A model generated the notes under the pieces. It worked only from the letters and a program-made list of their open reading frames with translations. It was not told the DNA's origin and did no database searches. From an uncultured Clostridia bacterium (GTDB taxonomy: Bacteria; Bacillota; Clostridia; Christensenellales; UBA1242), in NCBI GenBank assembly GCA_945928645.1, contig CAMENR010000003.1, positions 40 to 64,039 on the forward strand: 64,000 bases of DNA. The letters run 5' to 3'. Below are positions 11,359 through 20,700 of this stretch, piece after piece (within the stretch, counting starts at the first letter, position 1; the number at the start of each line of letters is the position of its first letter). The position numbers and the translations under genes were made by a program.

Positions 11359-11892
11359 TTAAACTTTATCAAAAAAATTCATATTTTTAATATCAAATGA
11401 TGTATATTGTGGAGTTTTTTCATCGAAAAACCACTCTGTTTGTTCAAAATCATTAGTTCCCGTAATAGTGTTTACTGACGCCTTGAAGTATGTTGCCTCA
11501 CACTCGGCTAATAGATTGCCTTCTTCATCTTCCACAAAACCCTTTGCAATAAAAATACGAGATGAATCCCTTGTAACCTTGCCTACGCAAAAGATTTTTT
11601 CACCAAGTGGAACAGGCTTTCTGTATTTAATCTTCAAATCTCCCGTAACACCCCATGCCTGAGGATTGCCAATTTGTATTGCTCTTCCCACAGTTTCATC
11701 TAGCAATGCACATATAACGCCACCATGCATTCTGTTTGGATAACTTTGATGTTCCTCCTTACCTTCACACACTGCAATTACGCAACCATTTTCTGTTTCA
11801 TAAAAATGTGCTTTCAAGCCCAACGAGTTGTCCAAACCACACACGATACAATTTTTTGAATTATTCTGAATTTTTGTAACTTTTACTTCCAT
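11359..11892 (-). CDS. PaaI-family hotdog-fold thioesterase
   Basis: NCIVCGLDNSLGLKAHFYE ... MHGGVICALLDETVGRA is the typical 4HBT/PaaI signature. Confidence 0.85.
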   Translation of the reverse strand: MEVKVTKIQNNSKNCIVCGLDNSLGLKAHFYETENGCVIAVCEGKEEHQSYPNRMHGGVICALLDETVGRAIQIGNPQAWGVTGDLKIKYRKPVPLGEKIFCVGKVTRDSSRIFIAKGFVEDEEGNLLAECEATYFKASVNTITGTNDFEQTEWFFDEKTPQYTSFDIKNMNFFDKV

Positions 11893-12069
11893 TTTTCTAA
11901 CCTTTTATATTTTACATTTTCCTTTTATTATGCATATTCCAGTAATTATCTTTATTTGTTTTTATCTACTTTATCTTTTTACCATAAACACATAAACCTA
12001 CTAATACACGATATATGATAAGCAACATTTTTTTGGATTGTCATATATGTTTTTATCAAAACAATTTTC

Positions 12070-12918
12070 TCAAACCACATCTTTATCTTCAAAAATTTCT
12101 GAAAAAGACTTTAGTTTGCTTTTCTTCATAATTTTCATTAACAAATTACCTGTTTTTTGTGGCATAATCTTGTATAAAAAATTTAATAACTTTGCGTCAA
12201 GGCCAATGATTGCGCGAGCCTTCCTTCTAGCCAATACCCTTACAATTTTCTTTGCCATTCTTTCGGCAGACATACTAAATTTGTTTACAAAAGATCTATC
12301 TTCCTCAAAAAATACATCTCTGTTGTTATCCTTTGAGGAAAATAAATTTGTTTTGACAAAGCCAGGCAAAACAGTAGAAACAAAAACTTTACCTTTTAAC
12401 TCGCTATGCAATATCTCACTAAATGTTTTCAGTGCCGATTTGCTGGCAGAATATGCACTTGTTCCGGGGAATACAGATAATGCAGAGATGCTGGAAACGT
12501 TTAGTATAGCAGGATTATTAGATTTCATAAGCAAAGGCAGTAGTTGTTTTGCTGAATACGTTGCAGAATAAAAATTTACTGCAAATACTCTTTGAAAACT
12601 CTCATTATCAATATCTTTCCCACTTTCAAAAGGTGGCATCGTCCCTGCACAGTTGATTAACACATCAATTTGAATATTATTTTTTTCGAGATAACTTTTC
12701 AATTCAACCCAATTACTCTCTATTGACACATCCATTGGATAAGGAATAAAGTTTTCTTTAGCAGTTAAAATTGCTTCTGTAGAATGTAATTTTTCTATAT
12801 TTCTTGCAATTCCTATTATTTTACAGTTATATTTTTCGACTAAAACGCAACAGATATTCTGCCCTATCCCACTAGACGCTCCAGTGACAATTACGGTTTT
12901 GTTTGAAAGCCAATTCAT
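12070..12918 (-). CDS. SDR-family oxidoreductase
   Basis: TGASSGIGQ (the TGxxxGxG cofactor motif), NCAG, and the YSASKSAL catalytic YxxxK. RBS GGGGAGAG. Confidence 0.9.
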   Translation of the reverse strand: MNWLSNKTVIVTGASSGIGQNICCVLVEKYNCKIIGIARNIEKLHSTEAILTAKENFIPYPMDVSIESNWVELKSYLEKNNIQIDVLINCAGTMPPFESGKDIDNESFQRVFAVNFYSATYSAKQLLPLLMKSNNPAILNVSSISALSVFPGTSAYSASKSALKTFSEILHSELKGKVFVSTVLPGFVKTNLFSSKDNNRDVFFEEDRSFVNKFSMSAERMAKKIVRVLARRKARAIIGLDAKLLNFLYKIMPQKTGNLLMKIMKKSKLKSFSEIFEDKDVV

Positions 12919-13117
12919 ATACTCTCCCCATAAATTATTTTAACATTAAAAAATTTTTATAGCAACCAAATAACCCCTTTATTTGTATTATTAACCTTAT
13001 GCAATTACAAAGTTATTACTGCTTTATTTATTAAACAAAAATTTTTCAAAAAAATAAAATTAAGTTATTTTCTTTGATAAAATGCATTTATATGCTAGAC
13101 TAAATTAAGAGGAATAT

Positions 13118-13651
13118 ATGTTTAACAGTTTAAGAAATAGGATAAATGAACTCAATTCTGATGTAAATATTGTTACTAACAGTGAAGAATCCCATAAATT
13201 AAGGGAAAAAATGCTTTGTTTTGGCATTCCAATGCTTGTTATTGGCATAATTGCAGTAATAACCTGTTTTGTTTTTTTAGTAAAAGGCGTGATAAATTAT
13301 ACCCAATCTATGATGGATTCAGCGAAAGATATGTCGCTGTCGCTCTCCTTTCCAACAGAGATTCTACTTCCCTTTTTTATATTGATTCCTTGTTTCTTTA
13401 TTCTTGCTATCGGAGGGACGCTAACTTCTCTTGGGCTTAGAATTGCTATAACAGGACACTCATCCAACTTTATTAACAAAACAGTTGGCGGCAATTGTCC
13501 AAATTGTGGCACTTTAATTGTGAAGGACAACTCTTTCTGCTCCAAATGCGGAACAAAACTTACCAAAAAATGCCCCAACTGCAACCACGACAATGACTAC
13601 AAAAACACCTACTGCGTAAATTGTGGCACACCAATGAACGAAAATAACTAA
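13118..13651 (+). CDS. Membrane protein with C-terminal double zinc-ribbon
   Basis: AAGAGG RBS. Two TM helices, then CPNCG...CSKCG...CPNCN...CVNCG. Confidence 0.75.
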   Translation: MFNSLRNRINELNSDVNIVTNSEESHKLREKMLCFGIPMLVIGIIAVITCFVFLVKGVINYTQSMMDSAKDMSLSLSFPTEILLPFFILIPCFFILAIGGTLTSLGLRIAITGHSSNFINKTVGGNCPNCGTLIVKDNSFCSKCGTKLTKKCPNCNHDNDYKNTYCVNCGTPMNENN

Positions 13652-13664
13652 TATAAAATACAAC

Positions 13665-13693
13665 AAAAAATGCAAGTTTATACTTGCATTTTT
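13665..13693. terminator. Bidirectional terminator
   Basis: aaaaaaTGCAAGTttatACTTGCAttttt, between convergent genes. Confidence 0.7.
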
Positions 13694-13738
13694 ACAACAC
13701 TATACGCTGGGGTAACCATCAAGGCTGAAACCTGTTGG

Positions 13739-13897
13739 TTAATCTTCCTTCATATAATAACTTCCGCTGTGTTGAGTTGCTGGAAAACGTTGTCCTTTCT
13801 CAAGATAGCAACAACCACCATTTCTTCCTTGTTCGTCAAAAGCACAATAATTTCCACTTTCTGGGGCAACTTCCCCTGGTTTGTATGTTCTGCTCAT
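13739..13897 (-). CDS. YjzC-like small protein
   Basis: MSRTYKPGEVAPESGNYCAFDEQGRNGGCCYLEKGQRFPATQHSGSYY matches the YjzC family pattern (kpGq.aP.sGiY...ekGerfPpt). AGGAGG RBS precedes the ATG at 13897. The track ORF extends to 13945 with no RBS. Confidence 0.75.
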   Translation of the reverse strand: MSRTYKPGEVAPESGNYCAFDEQGRNGGCCYLEKGQRFPATQHSGSYYMKED

Positions 13898-14135
13898 AAT
13901 TTTCCTCCTAACAATAGTCTTTGCATATTTTTGTCTGATATGCAAAAATTATTTGGTGAAAAGTCAAAAAAAATGTTACAATTATTCAGATTATGTTGAA
14001 AAACTAATAAATAACAAATGCTTTATTGCTATGGTTTATTATGAAAGGATAATAAAAGTCGTTGCTGATTGTTATTAAGATAGCAAGGTTTATGCTTTTG
14101 GTTTTACAACTATATAACAGATTTTTGGAGGAAAA

Positions 14136-15623
14136 ATGGCAAATAAAATATGTTTTGATGACGAAAAATATCTAAGTCTGCAAAGCAAACTCATAAGGGA
14201 AAGAATGAAACAGTTTGACAACAAGCTATATATGGAGTTTGGTGGGAAATTGTTTGACGATATGCACGCCTCTAGAGTTTTGCCTGGATTTGACCCAAAT
14301 GTTCAAATAAAATTGCTAGATAACTTTAAGAAGGAATGTGAAATTATTTTCGTTATAAACGCTAATGATATTGAAAAGAATAAAATTAGGTCAGACAACG
14401 GAATAACATATGATATGGAAGTGTTGCGACTAACCAATATTTTTCGCAAACGAGGACTGCTTGTAAGCGCTTTTGTTATTACACTTTTTGCAGAACAACC
14501 AAGTGCTTTGTTATTTAAGGCAAAGTTAGAATCTCTGGGCGAAAAAGTATATTTGCATTATCCAACAAAAGGATATCCTGCAGATGTGGATACAATAGTC
14601 AGCGATGAAGGATATGGCAAAAACCCATATATTCAAACAAGCAAGCCCTTAGTTGTAATCACTGCCCCAGGCCCAGGTAGTGGAAAACTGGCGACCTGTA
14701 TGAGCCAACTTTATCATGAATACAAGCGGAAAGTTAAAGCAGGATATGTGAAATTTGAGAAATTCCCAGTATGGAATCTCCCATTAAAACACCCTGTAAA
14801 TCTTGCTTACGAAGCAGCAACAGCAGACCTAAAAGATGTAAATCAGATTGATTTTTATCATCTGGAAAATTATGGCAAAGTGGCTGTTAGTTACAACAGA
14901 GATTTGGAAGCCTTCCCTGTGGTTAGGAATATAATAAGAAAAATAGCGGGCAAAGACATATATTTATCCCCAACAGATATGGGCATAAACACCATAGCCG
15001 ACTGTATTTTTGATGATGAAGTGGCAAGAGAAAGTGCAAAGCAAGAAATAATTAGGAGATATCTAAAATCCCTTGTAAACATCAAGAGAAAAGGCTCATC
15101 AAAAACTGAGGCAGAAAGAATAAAATTGTTAATGAACGAACTGAGCCTTGCAGTATATGATAGGAAATGCGTAAAACCAGCAGAGGAAAAAGAAAAACTT
15201 TGTCATCAACCTAGTGTAGCGATAGAGTTAAATGACGGTCAAGTAGTTGTTGGCAGAAGGACATCTATCCTCAGTGCAAGTGCCAGTGTTGTTCTCAATG
15301 CACTAAAAACACTTTCTGGCATAGAGGATAGAAATGAGTTAATTTCTGCACAAGTGCTCGAACCAATTCTTACACTGAAAAAAGACATTCTACATTCCGA
15401 AAATAGCACCTTGTCCCTTAACGATGTCCTAACAGCACTTTACATTTCTGCCAATCTTAATCCAAGTGCAAAGGAAGCCTGCAAGTATATAAAGGATCTA
15501 GAACACGCTCAGGCACACTCTACACACATTCTAAACAAAACTGATGAAGACTGTCTAAAAAGATTAGGCTTGGACATTACCTGTGGAGCAAAATTTTCAA
15601 CCAATAACCTTATGGAAATATAA
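14136..15623 (+). CDS. DUF1846 / UPF0371 family protein
   Basis: FDDEKYLSLQSKLIRERMKQFDNKLYMEFGGKLFDDMHASRVLPGFDPN..., ITAPGPGSGKLATCMSQLYHE and KFPVWNLPLKHPVNLAYEAATADL are hallmark blocks of this family. GGAGG RBS. Confidence 0.9.
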   Translation: MANKICFDDEKYLSLQSKLIRERMKQFDNKLYMEFGGKLFDDMHASRVLPGFDPNVQIKLLDNFKKECEIIFVINANDIEKNKIRSDNGITYDMEVLRLTNIFRKRGLLVSAFVITLFAEQPSALLFKAKLESLGEKVYLHYPTKGYPADVDTIVSDEGYGKNPYIQTSKPLVVITAPGPGSGKLATCMSQLYHEYKRKVKAGYVKFEKFPVWNLPLKHPVNLAYEAATADLKDVNQIDFYHLENYGKVAVSYNRDLEAFPVVRNIIRKIAGKDIYLSPTDMGINTIADCIFDDEVARESAKQEIIRRYLKSLVNIKRKGSSKTEAERIKLLMNELSLAVYDRKCVKPAEEKEKLCHQPSVAIELNDGQVVVGRRTSILSASASVVLNALKTLSGIEDRNELISAQVLEPILTLKKDILHSENSTLSLNDVLTALYISANLNPSAKEACKYIKDLEHAQAHSTHILNKTDEDCLKRLGLDITCGAKFSTNNLMEI

Positions 15624-15642
15624 AAATTATAATCGCTAAAAA

Positions 15643-15673
15643 GCCCTAAAACAGTGTGTTTTGGGGTTTATTT
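15643..15673 (+). terminator. Rho-independent terminator after the DUF1846 gene
   Basis: CCCTAAAACagtgtGTTTTGGGGtttattt. Confidence 0.7.
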
Positions 15674-15702
15674 ATCCACAAAAAACAAACAAATGTGGAT
15701 AA
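15672..15702. promoter_or_regulatory. Inverted pair of perfect DnaA-box 9-mers (TTATCCACA-N13-TGTGGATAA)
   Basis: TTATCCACA at 15672-15680 and TGTGGATAA at 15694-15702, with a 13-nt A-rich spacer. The pair sits 29 nt upstream of the TVP38 start codon. An identical architecture occurs at 61251-61281. Confidence 0.55.
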
Positions 15703-15730
15703 CACAACATTCTCTGCATAAACATAAACT

Positions 15731-16327
15731 ATGGAAAATGTAAAAACTAATCATTGCAAAGATTTTGTTGTGGCTATGGTCAAATTAACTGTAACTTTTT
15801 TGCTGAGCATAGGGTTCTTTGTTGGGTTGTATTATTTGTTCAAAAACACTGGTTGGATTGGCAAATTTTCCAATGTAGCAGAGTTAAAGGTTATCCTCTC
15901 GTCTGCTGGCTTTTGGTCTTATGCAGTGTTTGCTGTTATGCAGTTTTTGCAAGTGAGCATAATACCTATGCCAGCCTCTGTTAGCACCATAGTTGGTGTT
16001 ATTTGTTTTGGTCCATGGATTGCTTTTGGCATAAGTTTGCTGGCGATACTTCTTGGCAGTATAGTTGCATATATCTTTGGCAGAGTATTTGGAAGTAAAC
16101 TAATATATTGGATTGTGGGCAAAGAAAGAGGGGAGGAATTTTGCAAACTTCTACTTCGTGGCAAGTGGGCTTTTTTTGTTATGATGCTTTTGCCACTGTT
16201 CCCTGATGACATTTTATGTATTGTTGCTGGGGCTTGTGGAATGAATTTCCGTTTTTTCCTTGTTACCAATCTCATAACTCGAACAATAGGCATTTTTTGC
16301 TTGTGTTTTTTAGGTTTTTTGTTTTAA
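15731..16327 (+). CDS. TVP38/TMEM64 (DedA-related, SNARE_assoc) family membrane protein
   Basis: VSIIPMPASVSTIVGVICFGPW..., LPLFPDDILCIVAGACGMNFRFFL. Weak RBS. Confidence 0.85.
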   Translation: MENVKTNHCKDFVVAMVKLTVTFLLSIGFFVGLYYLFKNTGWIGKFSNVAELKVILSSAGFWSYAVFAVMQFLQVSIIPMPASVSTIVGVICFGPWIAFGISLLAILLGSIVAYIFGRVFGSKLIYWIVGKERGEEFCKLLLRGKWAFFVMMLLPLFPDDILCIVAGACGMNFRFFLVTNLITRTIGIFCLCFLGFLF

Positions 16328-16386
16328 CAAAATTTTGGAAATGACAGATAAATAGGCAAATTTATTCAAAGACTATCAATGGCAAA

Positions 16387-16467
16387 TAAAAAAAGAATAC
16401 TATCAATCACAAACTAAAACTCATAATTTTGGGAAATTTAGTTTGCAAGATAATATTCTTTTTTTTG
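16387..16467. terminator. Long compound hairpin between convergent TVP38 and recR genes
   Basis: Outer stem AAGAATAcTATC/GATAaTATTCTT and inner stem CAAACTAAA/TTTAGTTTG, flanked by A7 and T8 runs. Confidence 0.5.
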
Positions 16468-16474
16468 TTTGAAA

Positions 16475-17062
16475 TTACAATTCTCGCCTGGCTTCTATTG
16501 CACGTGAAAGGGTTACTTCGTCTGCATATTCCAAGTCACTCCCCATAGAAATCCCCTGAGCAATTCGAGTAACTTTTATGCCCAATGGTTTTAGCAAGCG
16601 AGCAATATACATTGCTGTTGCTTCACCTTCCACATCTGGATTGGTAGCAACCACCACTTCGTCCACTCCACCGGCATTCACTCGACCTAGCAATTCCTTT
16701 ATGCGAATGTCCTCAGGCCCCTTATTTTCCAATGGGCTGATACAACCATGCAAAACATGATAAACGCAGTCAAAGTTTTTTACCTTTTCCATACTAGCAA
16801 TGTCTTTTGGCTCTTTTACCACACAGATAATTCCACTCTTGCGATTTTTACAAATAGAGCAAACTTCTTCTGTTGCAAAGCCACCACACACCTTGCAAAA
16901 CTTCACCTGCTCTTTGGCTACCATAATGCATTGTGCGAGATTGCTTGCTACATCATAATCCCCTCCCAGTATGGAGTAGGCATAGCGTTGTGCTGTCTTT
17001 CTGCCCACTCCTGGGAGGCACATAAAAGCCCCAATCAATTTCTCAATAACTTGTTCTTCCAT
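16475..17062 (-). CDS. recR: Recombination protein RecR
   Basis: KLIGAFMCLPGVGRKTAQRYAY (HhH), the CKVCGGF...CSIC zinc finger, and a Toprim block (IICVVKEPKDIASMEKV...). Confidence 0.93.
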   Translation of the reverse strand: MEEQVIEKLIGAFMCLPGVGRKTAQRYAYSILGGDYDVASNLAQCIMVAKEQVKFCKVCGGFATEEVCSICKNRKSGIICVVKEPKDIASMEKVKNFDCVYHVLHGCISPLENKGPEDIRIKELLGRVNAGGVDEVVVATNPDVEGEATAMYIARLLKPLGIKVTRIAQGISMGSDLEYADEVTLSRAIEARREL

Positions 17063-17069
17063 AATACAT

Positions 17070-17097
17070 ATTATACCACAAAATTACAAAATTTCAA
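17070..17097 (-). promoter_or_regulatory. Candidate promoter that would give a leaderless recR mRNA
   Basis: Minus strand reads TTGAAA(17092-17097)-N16-TGgTATAAT(17070-17078)-atgtatt-ATG(17062). Only 7 nt separate the -10 from the start codon, and there is no Shine-Dalgarno sequence. Confidence 0.5.
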
Positions 17098-17149
17098 AGG
17101 GAAAAGGTTACATCTCAATATTTTTATTTATAATTACAAATTATTGTCA

Positions 17150-17700
17150 TTAAAAGGTTTTATCATATGTGCGAAGTGTTTTGAAATTCCTTGTTTTCCC
17201 TGGCGAAGAATAATTATTTGCAGTATAACTTGGCCAACTTGAAGATGAAGTTTTTCCTCCCCAATTTGCTAAGCTAGCCTTTACACTGTTATCCACTGCA
17301 TAATAATATTTCAGAACAGTTTTCCCAAATACTTTACTATCGCAAGTTCCTTCTGTTTGTGTATAATCAAAGAATCCTATTTTATTATTAGTAGTAGATT
17401 GCTCAACGCTACCATTGCAAACAATTGTGCTTATGTGATAATATTGAATATTTGTCCAAGTCTGTGTATACCACGTTTCCCACCAAAGGAAATTAGTATA
17501 CCTCCACTCAATACTATAATCATAAACGGTTCCATAACAAGCTCTATTGTAATAATATTTTAGATAATTATTTGGATAGATATTTACATTGCCTTTAATT
17601 TTCCCTTCCGATGCCAAGCCAGTTTTTAATGTATGATAACCAAACCATACCGCCCCAGCAATATATCCAGAATTTATAGTTAATGTTGAAAGAGTCCCTG
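17150..17700 (-). other. Giant protein C-terminal ~180-aa W/Y/N-rich, Cys-containing domain (distal tip); no cell-wall or membrane anchor
   Basis: ...YPNNYLKYYYNRACYGTVYDYSIEWRYTNFLWWETWYTQTWTNIQYYHISTIVCNGS...CDSKVFGKTVLKYYYAVDNSVKASLANWGG...KTF*. No LPXTG, SLH or hydrophobic tail. Boundaries are approximate. Confidence 0.6.
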
Positions 17701-20700
17701 TGACTACTATGGCAAAATTATTTGATGAGTAATCTCCCTCTCCATTTGCACAGAGTTTATTGGTTTTATCTGATAATTTTAATGTTCCCAAGTTTCCATT
17801 GACATATATACCATTGGTTCTTCCATTATCACCATTATATTTTACGTCATATCCAAAATCTTTACAAATAGCTTCGCCATTGTCCGCATGAGCTCCAGTA
17901 TTACTTGCAATTATCGCCCCACCTGAAAGAGTGATTTTTCTGCTATCTCCTCCACTCATATACACGCCACCGCCTTTACCACTTGCTGTGTTTTCAGAAA
18001 CTGTTCCACCAGAAGCAGTAAATTTACCATCTACATACACACCACCACCATTGCTGGTTGCTATGTTTTTGTAGACTGTGCCAGAAACAGTCAATCCTCC
18101 TGCGCTATACACACCACCACCGTTTTTGGCTTTGTTGTTTTCACCTACAGTGCCAGAAATTGTTCCACCTGCACAATAGACACCGCCACCATCTCCATTT
18201 GTCGCTGTGTTGCTAGAAATTGTTCCTGAAATGGTCAAACTCGTTGTGCTATACACACCACCACCATTACTATCTGCTGTGTTGCCATATATAGTTCCAC
18301 TAATAGATGTTCCCGCTCCGTCATTGCAGATAGCACCACCGTTTGTTGTGGCTGTATTTTCAACTGCTTCCCCAGTGAATGTAAATTTTACCGCTGAGTA
18401 GATAGCTCCACCATTGTTTGCTGTATTTCCTGTAAAGTATGAATTGATAGTTTTATCACTAGCGTTTATATACATACCACCACCATTGGAAGTGGCTGTG
18501 TTGCCACTTATAGCACGGTCATTACTGCATGTACTTATACTCCATGTTCCATTAAGATAAACACCACCACCACTTCCTGCCTTGTTATTTGCAATGGAAT
18601 ATTTTGTTGAACTTTCTCCATCTTTTTGGTCCGTAACGGTTCCACCAATATACATTCCACCACCGACATTACCTGCACCATTATATTTGATAGTGCCACC
18701 AAGGATATAGAATGTCGTTCCACTTGCAACATACACACCACCACCATCATTTGTTGCGTAGTTGAATGCTATAGTCCCACTTTCTTTCATTGTAAATGTT
18801 CCACTGCCAACATACACACCACCACCGTTTTGCGCTTTGTTGGAGTTATTCTCTGCTGTCGCAACAGATTCTTTTTTGGAATCTCCAATTACACCACCAG
18901 CTAGATTGAATGTGCCACCTCCAACATACACACCACCACCATTGGTTATCTTGTTGTCAATGTGGCGTTTAATTTCTCCACTATTAAAGTTAACTGTTCC
19001 CCCGTTTACATATATACCACCACCGTTGGTTGCTATATTACCTTCAATGGTTGCAGATATATTTGATACCCCGCCATTTGCATAGATACCACCACCACTG
19101 GTTGCACTGTTTTGTTGGATAGTAACATCAGTCAGAGTTAATATCCCGCCATTTACATAAATACCACCACCGTTGGTTGCTCTGTTTTCAAAAACTGTTC
19201 CACCATTTATGGTTAGTGTCCCATTATTGTAGATTGCACCACCATTGCCAGTTGCAATGTTTGAAATCCCTTTATTTACTACTCCAGTAAGCCTTTTCCC
19301 AAACAAAACTTTTGTAATCGTTGCATTTCCACTATTGTTATAAACGGCGCCACCATTTTCTGCACTGTTGCTTACAAATACAACACCTTTCCCCTCAAGA
19401 TTAGGACCATTTAGTTGATAACTAGACTCATCTCCTGTGTATTCTATATTAAGGATTGAATCTTCGCTGGTATAAATTGCACCACCATTTGTGGCATAAT
19501 TGTTTCGGAATACAATTGCATCTCCAAAGGAATTAACATTGTTGCTTGTGGCTTCTTGTGTGCCATAATTTACAGCAGATTCACTGTTTTCACTTATTAC
19601 AACCTTCCCTTTTGCATAAATTACGCCTCCATCGGTTGCACAGTTATATGCAAACAATCCACCGTTAATATTAAGAATTCCTCCGCCAGCGATATAAATT
19701 CCACCACCATTCTCTGCATAGTTGGCAGACAATCGGTTTTCATTTTTTACAAGGCAACTGTTATCTTCTGCTAAAACATATGCTTTGTAACTAAATCCTT
19801 TCTTGCTGGTTAATGTTACTGTTGGAGCAGTTGGCTTGCCATCAAACAATGTTCCTTCAATACCCAAGCCAGCATATGCTTTGTAGCCTATCACTCCATT
19901 ATTGATAGTTAATGTTGATGAACCATTAACATAAATACCTCCACCGTTAACCGTTGCATCGTTGTAGCATAACTCTATGTAAGATAGAACAACTTTATTG
20001 CTACCGATATATACACCACCACCAGAATTTGCTAAGTTATTTTGAATAACTGTGTCAATAGTCATTGCATTGTCAGAATCTGCACCAACAAGGTAAATGC
20101 CACCACCATTGTTTGCCTCGTTAAACGACACTACCCCGCCAGTCAAAGCAACATTACACTTACTACTACTAAAGGAAAGATTTGCATAAATACCACCACC
20201 ATCTGTTGCTGTGTTGCCAAAACTATCCTTAAATGCTGAAAGTCCATTGCCTTTCTCGCTAGTCCCACCAATTGAGCCATCTTCCATGGTGAAGAACCCG
20301 TTAACTTCTACGAATACACCACCACCTTTGGTTGTTGCTGTATTGTTTCTAATTGAACCACTTGATAATGTAAATGAAGCATTTTCTGTTATGCATACAC
20401 CACCACCATTGGTTGCTGTGTTGTCACCTACATAGCCACCTGACAACTTCAATGCGCTTTCTCCAGTGATATATATTCCACCACCATTGGTTGCTGTGTT
20501 ACTAGAAATATTTATTTTGCTATCCAATATAAGTGGAGTATCTCCGCTATAGACTTTTGAACTACCAATATACAAGCCACCACCTAAAGATTCCTTACCT
20601 TCTATGCCAGTATTACTATTGATATTAGTATTGTTTCCGGCAAAATTCAATTCTCCGTTCTCTGTTAATGCAATGCCTGAACCCTTTATAGAATGGTTGC

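Noticed and set aside
12038-12571. 177-aa ORF on the plus strand.
   Set aside because: It is fully antisense to the well-supported SDR gene (TGxxxGxG and YxxxK motifs), with no RBS and a low-complexity translation.
15672-15702. Reading the TTATCCACA-N13-TGTGGATAA palindromes (here and at 61251-61281) as rho-independent terminators or a REP/MITE-like repeat.
   Set aside because: There is no T-run after either. The 13-nt loops have an unrelated sequence. Genuine terminators are present next to each (15643-15673 and 61332-61365), and only the 9-mers are conserved.
16748-17242. 164-aa plus-strand ORF bridging recR and the end of the giant gene.
   Set aside because: It is antisense to two strongly supported genes and has no RBS.
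17150-17400. C-terminal sorting or anchoring signals in the giant protein (LPXTG + hydrophobic tail, SLH, choline-binding/CWB2 repeats, GW modules, a T9SS-type CTD).
   Set aside because: None is visible. The protein ends ...NFKTLRTYDKTF with no hydrophobic stretch. The absence is used as evidence for N-terminal anchoring only.
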